From Peribolospora baueri (taxonomy: Eukaryota): DNA of 64,000 bases. The stretch's first letter is position 1. Every line of letters starts with the position of its first letter. The stretch spans positions 186,001 to 250,000 of the forward strand of contig JAMDHS010000024.1 of assembly GCA_029717555.1 (NCBI GenBank), given 5' to 3'. A program made the position numbers and the translations under genes. Positions 50,201-62,142 of this stretch are shown here, piece by piece. The notes under the pieces were generated by a model, which made no database searches, had not been told where the DNA came from, and saw only the letters and a program-made list of their open reading frames with translations.

Positions 50201-51174
50201 AGGTGTATGGCAAAAGGAAGGCATTATGAGATCACCCGCGCCAGGGACTGCGAAATGTCGTCCACACCCATGTACGGGTCGTGTCGTCTGTCTCGATCGC
50301 ATCAATCCATCTAATCCACTTCGACCCTCTTCTCTCTTACTTAGGATATTTTCGTCGCCTACACCTCTAGCAGGCAGGCAAAGATAAGCAGAACCGCTCG
50401 AAACTCACCCTCGTTACAAGTCATATGGCTCCTCCGGCAATAGATGCAAGCCAAGTTAACCTTCCTCCTCTTCGCCTTCTTTCCGTCCTTTCCGTCCTTC
50501 TCCTTGCCTTGCTGCGCGGCGGTCTTCTTTTTTGAAGCGCCATTCGCGGGAGGTGATGCTGAGGCCGACTCTGGCGCCGATGCTGAAGGAGAGGAGGGTT
50601 TTCCCCCTCCGGTCCCCGTTCCTTCTGCTGATGATGGGCCATCGACATCCATCTCACGACCCTTGCCCTTCGAAGCAGCGTCTGACGGTCTTCGTCCCAG
50701 GTCTTGATTTTCAAGGCTCGCCGCATCTCCACTGTTCATAGAAGGCGCGGAACGGCCGTTCGCAGGCTGTCCGTCGCTCGCACTGGCGTTGGATGGACTC
50801 GTATCTACGGAGTTGCTCTGTGGTGCCGGCTGTTGTTGTTGTGAATACTGCTGGTATTGGGCCCCACTGGAGTGACTCCGCGAAGGAGGCCTCCACGTCA
50901 TTGGAGTATGTCCCGTCGTAGGGCTTTGCTGCTGCGTGGACGACGCGTTCTGCACCGTGCGTGGCGCGCCCCCCTGGGTGTGGCCGGTAGGAGGTTGGCC
51001 GGGGAAAGCGTGTCGACTTGGGGGGAGTGAGGGATAGAGCTGGGTGATGCCAGATGACGAAAGCTGAGAGTGTGTCGAGGGAGTGCGTTGAGATATGCGA
51101 GGAAGCTGGCCGGGAGGAGGAAAAGGCCCAGAGGAGGTGGCCGTCACAGGCGGACGGGGAGGTGAGGCGGACAT
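47273..51174 (-). CDS. RDS2: Zn2Cys6 + PAS-like transcription factor, RDS2/AcuM type
   Basis: KRRKVNLACIYCRRSHMTCNEGRPCQRCIKRDIGHLCHDE, then NEFSVL, FLLTAAD, AKYEAGLLRPYNY, FRPAFRAIAQSL, EEAFERLLLDYDRVF, PACLWRRTGEIY, CCFSFTIRR, IVGNFLP. Confidence 0.88.
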
Positions 51175-51570
51175 CGGGTCGGACGAGTAGTGGTGAAAGC
51201 GAGGCAAGGTAAACTAGTCCGTTTTCCCTCCTTCCTTCTTTCCTTCCTGCCTTCCTTCCTTCCTCCTTGACTCTCTGCTTTGCAGCTGAGGCTGGCTAGA
51301 AAAGACGAAGATGAGTTGGAGAGGATGCAGCGACTGACCAGCCAAGGCAACGATGACGGCGCACGGCCGAGGAAGTGATCCTAAGAAAGAAAGAGCGGAG
51401 CGGGGCTCACCCCAAAGTCACACTGATCGCTTCTTGCCGCAGCACTCGTCTCGCGGCGTTACACGGCGTTTAGCCACTTCTTCTTCTCTTGGGAAGGAGA
51501 AAGAAAGACGGCATCTGTCTCCTCTTGCTGCTCTCTTCTCCATCCCATCGGCCTCGTCGGCGGTCCCAAC

Positions 51571-53824
51571 ATGACGTCCCCAACTCACATCCTCTTCGAG
51601 TCCGCCTCCGGGCTCGCCCTCTTCGAGACTTCCAACGTCGAGGAGATCGGCGCCCGCACCAAGGCCGTCCAGCAGCAGATCGAAGACCTTAATGCTTTTG
51701 GTCGTATGGTCAAGCTCGTCAGCTTCTCGCCTTTCAAGAACGCCCTTGATGCGCTGCAGAGCAGCTTGGACGTGAGCGAGGGTGGGTGTCTAGTTCGCTG
51801 CTTGAAGGGTTTAACTGCGTCGCCGGCCAACTGCCTCGCCCGCACCAGAGCTGAAATGGACCTTTCGCGTCTTGCGCCGTCCTTCATCCCATTTCGCAGG
51901 CGTCCTTAACGACCACCTCCGCTCTCTCCTCCAACTCAACCTCTCCAACTCTACCTCCAAAAAGTCCATTCTCCTCGGGGTCTCAGAGCGCGGTCTTGCG
52001 AGCTCCATCGTAGGCGAATTGGGCATCCAATGCGACACTTCGGACAAGAGTCTCGAGCTGCATCGCGGCATTCGGCTACACGCCGAGAAACTTCTCAAGG
52101 GCCTCTCAGAAGGAGATTTGACCAAAGCTCAGCTCGGTCTCGGACACGCTTACTCGAGGTCCAAGGTCAAGTTTAACGTGAACCGCTCGGACAGTGAGTC
52201 GCTCGCTCTGCCCGTCAGACGTCAAATGATACCCTGGCTCACCCCATATGTCCCGTCTCCACACCGACAGACATGATCATTCAAGCCATCGCTCTGGTTG
52301 ACCAGCTCGACAAAGACGTGAATACGTTCAGCATGCGCGTGCGCGAATGGTACGGTTGGCACTTCCCCGAGCTTGTGAAGATCGTCCCCGACAACTACCA
52401 GTACGCCAAGTTGGCTCGCTTCATCCGCAACAAGTCCGCGCTAACTGAAGAGTCCCTTCCGGAGCTCGCTGCACTGTTGGACGAGGACGAGACGAGGGCG
52501 AAGAACGTTTTGGACGCTTCTAGGACCAGCATGGGCACGGATATTGGGGAGGTCGATATGATCAATATCGAGGCGTTTGCAGATAGGGTAGTGCACCTCG
52601 CAGATTACAGGAAGAGCATGCAGGCTTATCTCCTTGAAAAGATGCACCTTGTCGCTCCCAGTAGGTCCAGCGTTTTCTCCTTTGATACCTCTAAAGCGTC
52701 TACGTCTGATCAGTCACGTCTGACCTCTCTCCTTTCCCACTCTCGTCAGACCTCTCCGCCCTTATCGGCGAGGTGATCGGCGCGCGCCTGATCTCGCACG
52801 CCGGCTCGTTGACCAACCTCTCCAAGTACCCCGCTAGCACGGTGCAAATCCTGGGTGCCGAGAAAGCGCTTTTCCGCGCGCTCAAGACCAAGGGCAATAC
52901 GCCTAAGTATGGGTTGATCTATCACGCTAGCGCGATTGGAAGGGCGGCAGCGAAGGTGAGCGGGCGCTTTCGGACAAGCTTTCTTCATCGTGAGCGTTTT
53001 CATCAGGACTCTATACTCACAACCTTGGCACTCGCTCGGATCCTTCGGTCTATGCAGAATAAAGGCCGAATGTCTCGCTTCCTGGCCAACAAGTGCTCAA
53101 TAGCATCTCGTATCGACTGCTTTACCGGTGAGTTGTTATTTCCACTGACTCGCCCTGGCCACGTAGCATGAGCGATCAGCTGAATTTTTTCCCTCTCCTA
53201 ATCTCTCCAAGACACACCCACTATGAAGTTCGGGGACGCCCTCCGGGCCCAAGTGGAGGAGCGGTTAGCCTTCTACGAGACGGGCGCTCCGCCGAGCAAG
53301 AACGCCGAAGCGATGTCTAAAGTCATTGCCGCTATGGAGGCTGAGGCCGGCGATCTGATGGATGAGGACGAGAGCGATGGGGAGGAAGAAGGGAAGAAGA
53401 AGAAGAAGGACAAGAAGAAGGACAAGAAGGACAAGAAGGACAAGAAGAAGCGACGGTGAGTTGGGTCAACCGAGTTCCCACTTTCTGTTCGTCAAAAGAT
53501 TTAAACTGGCTTTCTCATCTGTTGCTCATCTTGTCCCTCGGTAACAGGGCAAGCGAGATGGAAGTTGACGGGGAAAGCGAGGAGGAAGAGAGCCCGAAGA
53601 AGAAGGAGAAGAAGGAAAAAAAGGAGAAGAAGAAGGAGAAGAAGGAGAAGGTGTGTCGGCCTATTTTTCCTCTTTCTTCATTTGTCATCTCTCTGACCTC
53701 AGCGCTGAATCCGTCCATCTCCCACGACCGTGGACTTCCCTTCTCTGCACAGGTTGCCGATGAAAGCGAATCTCCTTCGAAGAAAGAGAAGAAGCACAAG
53801 AAGCGTAAGAGCGAGACCACATGA
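51571..53824 (+). CDS. NOP56: Box C/D snoRNP protein Nop56
   Basis: [95 protein letters not shown] repeat tail. Confidence 0.96.
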
Positions 53825-54434
53825 TCCACCCGACCAGCTCCATCTGCCCTTGTGATGAAGGCCTTTCCTCATCTGTCCTGTGAAGTTTAGAGGTGATCCT
53901 TTCTCTTTAGCGACGACGATGACTTAGGCCTTCACGTGCGGTGTCCCGCTGTCCCGTCTCCCTGTACCTGAGGACACCGGCCTTTCCTTGGACGCGGCTC
54001 TTCTCTCGGCTACTCCTCCTGCGTTTGCCTATGCCTATGCGTCTGGGTGCGTCATCTGCGCCTCTTCTTCCGCCCTCTCTTCTCCTTTGTACACTATCGA
54101 TCTCATATCGGGTCTCAGCTTAAAAGGAATCCAGGTCGAACCTGTCTTCTCGATCTCACGAAACAAGCACCTGACTTTCGCAGTCGTTCCCTTGTCGAAC
54201 GCGGCAGGGCTCATCCAGGCTATGGATGGCGTAGTCTGCACAGATAGATTTTTTCACCCGTTCCCAAAAGCATCGCGCCGTTCGTCGACTGCTGTCGAAT
54301 GTCGCACTCGACGGTTGACGTGCCTCCATTAAGTCGGGTGAGAGTGGCCAAGAAACCTGAATCAGTAGTTTCGAAATAACGTACAGGTCACGTCCGAAAA
54401 AAGTATCGTGTTTGTCTCTTCCCCACCCCACCCC

Positions 54435-55952
54435 TCACAGCTTGCTCGCCGGCCTGGCGACCTTGACCCTGGCGATGCCCATACCAAGGCTCGGTTTTCC
54501 CTTTCCGTAACAAACCTGCTCAAAAGCGAGTTGCACCTCCCCATCCGGACCCGGATCTCCCACCTTCCACACGCGCGTCTCCAGCTCGTCACCAGGTTTG
54601 ACGGGTGAGGTGAAGCGGGAGGACATGAGCTTGAGTTGGATTCCGTCCGTCGGCGTTCCCGAGAATGAAGAGGCGGCTTTGAGGATCGCGCGGGCGGCGA
54701 AGCCGTACGAGCAGAGGCCATGCAGGATCGTGCCGCCTAGGCCTCCGCGCTTGCCGATCTTGGGATCGATCTGCGTCACGGAGTGGAGATCGAGGACAGA
54801 GGGAACCCGAAGGTATCCGTCAAAACAAGCCCTGTTCTTCAAATGGGTATACGTCCCTCCGAATGCGAAGGGAAGACCTACATGAAGTGGATTGTAATCG
54901 CCGCTAAGCCGGTAGAGGACGGCCTGCGCCTGACCAGTTTTCTCCCTGTGCACAAAATCCGGTTGACGGTCCTTGGGCGGCTTGGGTCCAGTGGGCTTGG
55001 GCACAATGGTCTTGGAGAAACCAGTCTTCTGGCCACCACCGCGGTAAAAGGTAGACGAGAGCATCCGGACGTACGGCTCACCAGAGGGGGAGACGAGGGT
55101 GGCGGCCCCTTCCAGGATTAGGGCGGAGCCTGCGTGGGAAAGAAGAAATGGGAGACGTGGGGAGAGGAGTGGGCAACAATGAAGGACGAGATGGTCCGGA
55201 CTCGTAAGCAGAGACGCCGTGAGCAGATAAGGCGGATAAGGGCGACCGACTCGCCCTTGTCATGTACGCCGGTCACCTGCTGCTTGATCTTCCAGCCAGG
55301 GCCGCTCTCGACAGGGATGTCCTTGAGGATCTCGATCGATTGCTCGCCATGTACAATGCTGTGGGGGGATACGGGAAGGACCGAAGAGAAGGCCGTTTTC
55401 CAACATCAACCCAATTGTGCGCGAAGCGTCCAGCTAACACCGAATACGGAAGCAAGGATTGGGGGGAAGGGGATGGGGGGAGAGGGAGATCAGTGCCAGT
55501 CCACATACGTATTGGGGTCGAGCACAGGAAAGCCGGGGGTGCGGTTCCGGCCGCCAATGCGGTCCGCAAAAAGGTTCACGTCCTGGCCCTCGCCTGAAGG
55601 AAAAGACAACCAGGTAGAAGCAGCATGAGTGAGTCATCGAGTCCCCATTCAGCGTCGGTAATCTTGTCGCTCGCACCTTTGAGCCCCAAGACAAGCGGGT
55701 AAGTAGGGAAGGCGCGAAAGCGCTTGTCGAGCTCATAGACGAGATCGAGATCATTCTCGCCCGCTCCTATTCCAACAGCATATAGGAGAAGATCGCGCTT
55801 GTTCCACGCCACCTGAGATGGACGAGAGGTCGATCTAAGTGTCCTCCTTCCCCACACCTCAAGGAGTTCGATCAGACGAGGACGAGAATGATCAGACTCA
55901 CTGGCGTGTCAGGCTGCTCAAAGCCAACGCTCTTGTTGAAATCGACGCCCAT
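54435..55952 (-). CDS. Peroxisomal MaoC-like (R)-specific enoyl-CoA hydratase 2, stand-alone, PTS1 -SKL
   Basis: WNKRDLLLYAVGIG, FPTYPLVL, hydratase-2 motif YRLSGDYNPLH, ILHGLCSYG, SRFTSPVKPG. Ends ASKL*. Confidence 0.9.
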
Positions 55953-56209
55953 GGAGAAGGCTAGCGCTGAAGCCGTTCAAGTGAGGACAGAGAAGGGAGA
56001 AGATGGAAGGAGAGGCGGGGTAGGGCAAGAGGAGTGGTGCCAACCCCGCTCCTTCCCCTCCACCGGCACCACTTAAGCCGGACGGACCATTGTCGAACCG
56101 GCCCTGGAACTGCTGCGGCAACAGCCTGACGCGCGTCCCGTCGATCGACCATCATTTATCTTCGTCTGCCGCCGCTACCTTCCCCTTCCCATCACCGTCA
56201 TCCCTTACC

Positions 56210-57675
56210 ATGTCTCGTAGCTCGTATGACCGGTGAGCGCAGGTATTCCAGGGCTTTTTTCCACTGGGCGTAGCTCACCTTCTGCTCGCCCGTATGCCTG
56301 TTCGTCACCCTCACTCAGCTACCTCACAGTCTTCTCGCCTGATGGGAGGCTCTATCAAGTCGGTGAGCAGCTTGGTCTGAGGACATACAACAGGAAATGT
56401 CATCCGAGAGGTAGCGGTGCACCATCCTGACATTATGATTTGCTTCATGATTGCTGCGCAGAATATGCCTTCAAAGCCATTGTAGGCGCGGGGATCACTT
56501 CCGTCGCCGTGCGCGGTGTGGACAGCGCCGTGGTGGTAACGCAGAAGAAGGTGCCTGTGAGTACGTTGGCGCACAGCTCTCATGGCTTCCCAGAAGGAGG
56601 TAGTCTAATTCTCAGTGAAACCTCCGTCCCCCTCGACTGACGCTCCACTAGGACAAGCTCCTTGACCCCTCTACCGTGACGCACATCTTTACTATTACGC
56701 CTACTATAGGCTGCGTTTTTACCGGTCTGACCGGTAAGTGCGACTAGCTACTTCTCGTGGCTTGTTGTCTTTTTACCTCACCGAGCTCCGCCCTTCTTCT
56801 TCTATCACCTTCCTGCTATGGCCGCCCCCCGTTCTCCTTCCACCTAAAAGCCGATGGTCGTGCCCAACTCATTCGCGCGCGTCAAGAAGCAGCCGAGTTC
56901 AGGTACAAGTACGGGTACGAGATCACACCTGACCTGCTCGCCAAGCGGATCGGAAACATCAATCAGGTTTACACTCAGCGTGCTGCTATGCGGCCTTTGG
57001 GCATCTGTGAGTTCGAATAAGGGAGGAGGTATCTCGTGGGTCTCGAAAAGCTTTGACGTCCATGGTTCGGACGCTGATGGGACATCCCTTTTTTATTCTC
57101 CATTCGTTTTACCTCTCTAGCCATGACGATCGTCGGTGTCGACCCGGAGAACGGCCCGCAAGTCTTTAAGGTCGACCCGGCAGGCTATTACGTCGGATTC
57201 CGCGCCACCGCCTCAGGGGCGAAACAGACAGAGGCCTTGAACTATTTGGAGAAGCAGTTCAAGAAGAGCACGAGTTCTTTGGCGTACGTGTTTGCATGAT
57301 GTCGTTCTGATACGTTTGATTTTCGAGAGCGGGCGCGGCATGTTCGAGCTAGAGCTGACTCTGCCTCGAATACGGCCTACCCACGTCCTTGCACCTTGCA
57401 GTGGAGCCTCTACAGCGTCCGGTGAAGACGATGACGAGCGAGTTCGATCGCTAAAGCTGCCAGCGGACGAAGCGGTGGAGCTAGCGATTACGACACTGAG
57501 CACGGTGTTGGCTCAGGATTTCAAGGCGAACGAGATTGAAGTGGGAGTTGTTGGCGCCGCTGCTGACAAGCGCCCTGGTGGAGCTACGCCCGGATACAAT
57601 GAGGCAGGAAGGTTTAGAAAGTTGAGCGAGGCGGAGATTGATGAGGTGCTCCAGAGACTCGCGGATAGAGATTGA
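56210..57675 (+). CDS. SCL1: 20S proteasome subunit alpha-1 (PSMA6 orthologue)
   Basis: [64 protein letters not shown]. Confidence 0.95.
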
Positions 57676-57988
57676 TGGAGGGTGTGAAGGGAGCACATGC
57701 GCGGACGAGTTCGAGATGTCCGTCGGTGTACGTACAATATAGCTTCGAGAACTTAGCCAGGACGCTTGATAGTCGAGGATCCTTCGTCCTCCTTCGTTGG
57801 AGACTGCAGAAGGGGAGGTCGTGCCGCAGAGGTCGACGTAGCTACCCTGCGAGATTTTGAAGCCGAACGGCCGAACAGCCGACCGCCGGGTCGTCGATCA
57901 GCAACCGTCGCCGGCTAAAATAACGATATGTTTCCACCACCGCCTTTTTTTTCCGTCACTCCATCGGCACTGCTCAGGGAAACGACTG

Positions 57989-60495
57989 ATGACGACGGTG
58001 GAGCTGCGACGACGACCTTTTTTGCGCTCTTCAGCGTTTCATGTCCTTTCGGCGGGCATTCTGCTCGTCGCTTCTCCAAACGCTGTTGATGCCCATGGAC
58101 ATCATGTGGACCCCAGTAAGATCGACCAGAGCGTACCTATCGATGCGTGAGCCACCAGCATTACTTTTCGTACTTGCGTATCCCTCCATGGGCTGCATTT
58201 TCTGACACTTCTTCTTTAATTTGGCGGGTGACTGGTGCCCAGGATGCTGTGGATGCACATGGTCATTCAATTCGTGAGCGGCGTTTCCGACAGGCTTCGC
58301 TTGACTTGAGATTGGCGTGCTAATGCTGTCCATGTCCTTTGGTCTCTCCTTACCCTCACCCCATCAGGTCGTTTGGACGATCCTTTTCCCTTTTGGGATG
58401 CTTCTTGGCATGTCGCGCTCGCGTTTTCACGTACCCCTGCAAACCGTCTCCACGGTTCTCACCGTCGGCGGCTACATCCTTGCTCACAGCCACAAGGGCC
58501 GTCAATTCGCGCACACCGTGCACGGTACCTTTGCGTCTTTTCTGATATGGTACATCGGCACCCAGGTAGGACTGGGCGTGTACCTCAAGATGCATATTAT
58601 GGAGGGTACCACCGTGAGGAAATGGGCCGTTCGCGCTCACGGTGTTGTGGGCAAAACGTATCCAATCGTCGGCTGGGCGCAGTGTCTTTTCGGTTTCATC
58701 ACGCTGATGGGCTACTGCATGGGCGGAAAACTAGGCCAATGCTTGGCTCATTGTGAGCGTTTGTTTATTCGCGTATCCTTATGACGATCAGGCGGGCTCA
58801 ATCCTTGTGGATCCAACCCGTTTCGCAGATATCATGGGCTCCGCATTTTGCGCGTACGCCATCATCCTGACCATCATGATGAAGGCCGGTGCAGAGTGGC
58901 TGCAACGTCGTGGGTGCAGTCAGGAGTGGTTTGATTCCTGGGTGATCATGCTTTGGTAAGCTGATGCTGGGAGCAATACCGTAGGCGCTTCTGCGCCTGA
59001 GCGCCTCGCCTCAGCCAGTCTGTACGGATTCAACTGACTATCCTTAAATGTGTGCCGTCTCTTCCGACCACCGTGCCTAATAGGGGTATCGTCAACACGT
59101 TCACCGAGCATCACGGTGGTCCTTGGACTCACAAAGATCTCCAGCGTAAGTAGCGTTTGAGAGTGAACCGGCACTTTGATTTCGCATTAATCACCCGCCT
59201 GTTGTGTTCTTTCGCCGCCATTCTAGATACGCTCATGGGTGTGCTATGGTGGACGGGCGGCGCCGTCGGCATCTGGCTCTCTCGCGGCGGCAAGGTGAGC
59301 TCCTTTCGCATATTCACCTTTCGGAACCGTCTGCTTACGATCGTTCAATGAACATTCCACGCCTTTCCAACGACGACGTCCCCATGTAGCGCAATGTCTT
59401 CCCTGCCATCATCATCATTTTCACCGGATGGGCTATGAGCGGACACGCCCAAGCACTGGTGATCAGCACAAAGGTAATTTGCGCTTTTCTTACCTGCAGT
59501 GCTGACATCATAGCACTGATTTGGGACGGACTGGGTTCCTCGTGTCTGGTATCCCTCCCTCCTCTCCCTCAAGATCCATGCTCTCTTCGGTTACGCTCTC
59601 ATGTCCGCTGGACTAGCTCGCATCGTCGAAGTTTGCTTTGTCCTGAAGGACAAACCCACGCCATCTGCCGCTCAAGCTGCTGCTGACCAAGTGGTTCAGG
59701 AAGGAGCTGCTTCCACGTCGAACGAGAGAAAGACGGACGATTACGTTTCTCCTGTGCGCGCCTTCCAGTACCTGCCTCCTTACCTGCTCGTCGTCAGCGG
59801 TATCACTTTTATGAGCGCCACAGATGAAGAGCTCAAGTATGCCGACTCGTTGGACATCGATCAGTGCGTATGCAGTATTTTTGTCGGGCACCTTGTAGCC
59901 AGGCTTGCTCACATCCTTTCTTTGTATGGCTGTTTCCTCCTTTGGCAGCATCACCTACGGGATGATGTCCTTCTCGGCCGCATTCCTCATCTTCCTCTGG
60001 TTCAACATCCTGATCGACCTCTATGTTTCTTGGACCCTATATCCTTCCTCCAACGCGGCTTCGGCGTTGAAACTCGAAGCGGACGAAGGCACAGCTGGCA
60101 CCAGTTTTGGTCGAGCGGTGGCGGCCGTGCGTGGGCCGGCCGTGCGTGGGCCGGCCGCTCGTGGGCGCGGCCTCTATTCACGCCTGAGGGAGTCGCTCAG
60201 CGACGCGCGAGAATCCATGGGCGCCGTTCGTCTCTCGTCGGCCGGCCTCAGCCCGGGATTCGATTGGACGTCAGGCGTGCCACCTTCGCCGCCCGATTCG
60301 CGAGGTCAGTCCGGATCGATCGTCCGAACCAGAGCCGGTGAGCGGGAGGTGCTGCATGACGCCAGCATGGAGATGCGCGACCTGTCCGACCCGGACGCGG
60401 AGGAGCCGGATCCGTTTGGGGATAGCGAGGATGAGGACGACGCGGCGAGGGTGGGTGGAAGGTACTCGCGCACCTTGACCACCGCCGCCCGCTGA
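57989..60495 (+). CDS. YTP1: YTP1-like multi-pass membrane protein (DUF2427/Ytp1)
   Basis: Signal-like N-terminus, [75 protein letters not shown]. Many short exons. Confidence 0.85.
60123..60166 (+). repeat. 15-bp coding tandem repeat x3 in the YTP1 tail
   Basis: GGCCGTGCGTGGGCC twice plus a degenerate third copy, encoding [14 protein letters not shown]. Confidence 0.85.
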
Positions 60496-60769
60496 CGCGC
60501 TGGAAGGACTCCTCGCGAGGTCAACGCCGCGAAGCTATGGGTTCGGGCCGTCGTGCGAGAGGAGAGTCCAGTCGTGTCTGGTGTTAAGTCTGCAGAAGAG
60601 GATCTTCTTCATTGCGCCGTTCCACTATCTCTCCTTCCCTTCAATCCAATTTCTTCGTAGTTGCCTGAACTTGTAGCCTCCTTTTTATTAGACGAAATCA
60701 ATGTCGTCCACCGAGTACTGTCTACAGTGTACAAGGAGACGAAGGACGAAAGAACGCACGAGAGGCCGT

Positions 60770-61696
60770 TCAAAGCACGCCCTTGGTGCTCGGCACATCG
60801 TTGCCGCCAGTGCGCTCGATTGCTTGTCGGAGCGCGAGTGCGAGGGCTTTGAACGCGGACTCGGCCCTGCGGGTGGACACCGAGAGAAAAGAAGACGTGA
60901 TTGAGCGGTGGGGTAAGCTTTCGGACTTGCTGGAGGACGGAGGACGGGAGGGCCTCATTCGACGCGTGCGCAAGTTGAACTACGCACTTGTGGTGATCGT
61001 TCTCGCCCTTGAGCACGTCGACGTGCATGGTCAGACCGGAGGTCATAGCGAAGGAGTGGAAAATGTGAGGGAACATTTCAGTCGACAGGTCGCCGATCTT
61101 CTCTCGCTTGAGGTTGAGCGATGTCACGCAGTACGGTCGGCCTGAGACATCTACCACTGCTCGGGAGAGAGCCTGCATGAGAAGGAGGATCGAGGCGACC
61201 CTGCCGGCTGTGAGTGAAGGATGTCCGGAGAAGCAGGCGCAACGGCAAAAACGCACCTCATCCAAAGGCGCGTGTCCAGTCCCATAGCGTCTAATCCCCT
61301 TCACCTCCCCAAGCGCTTGCTTGAACGCGGCGCCGATAGCCAAGGCAACGTCCTCGGCGGTGTGGTGGTCGTCGATGTGAAGGTCGCCCTTGCAGGAGAC
61401 GGTGAGAGACATGCCGCTGTGCTTTGCTAGTGCGTGAAGCATCTACCGTGGCGGAGAGGGCGCAAAAGTAATGAGCATCTGTTCGCTTTTGGTTTGCTCG
61501 GCCGACGGCCAGAGGGCTGACTCACATGGTCGTAAAACCCGATGCCAGTAGAGATGTTGATGACCTGAGGAGCGAAAGAAGGGTGCGAGTCAAGGGCGAT
61601 CTCGACCTTGACGTCGGTCTCGTTCGTCTTGCGCGCCAGGCTGGCCGTGCGTGCCACAAAGGGCTGCTGCTGCTGAGCGACTGCTCCGTCTCCCAT
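60770..61696 (-). CDS. HIS3: Imidazoleglycerol-phosphate dehydratase
   Basis: [52 protein letters not shown]. Confidence 0.97.
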
Positions 61697-62142
61697 GTTG
61701 CCGGTGGTGGTGGTGCTGTGGAAGGGAGCGTTGGGGGGTATTGAACGTTATGTCGACCTTCGTCCACGTTTAATCAACCAATAAAAACGTTTTGTATCCA
61801 CGTTCAACCTTTATCTTATCCCCGCCTACCCCCGCCCTCGTTTGCCTTCGACGCAGACGGCGACAGTCGAGGACGAAGGGAGAGAAAGGCGAGGGCGATA
61901 TCGGGAACGAATCTTCAAGGCGCACCTTCATGGGTGAGCAGCCATTTGGATTACACGATGGAGCGACGAGTAAAAACATCTCGGATACATCGGTTGACGG
62001 ACGAATTGGGGTGCTGGAGCCTTGGAACTGGCTCGTTCACATTGGATGGCGGCCCGGACCGAACGCCGGCGGAGATGTGGTTATATTTGCTGCGCCGATC
62101 GGGACCTCCCCTTCCAACTCTCCTGTCTTATACCAACTCACC

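Noticed and set aside
53396..53650. GACAAGAAG / GAGAAGAAG tandem repeats
   Set aside because: They encode the well-known KKD/KKE tail of Nop56.
53852..53971. C-box and D-box motifs and a 9-bp inverted repeat (TGAAGGCCT/AGGCCTTCA) in the NOP56 3' region, reminiscent of NOP56 autoregulation by C/D elements
   Set aside because: The terminal stem needed for a kink-turn is poor and the hairpin does not juxtapose a D box; not distinguishable from chance.
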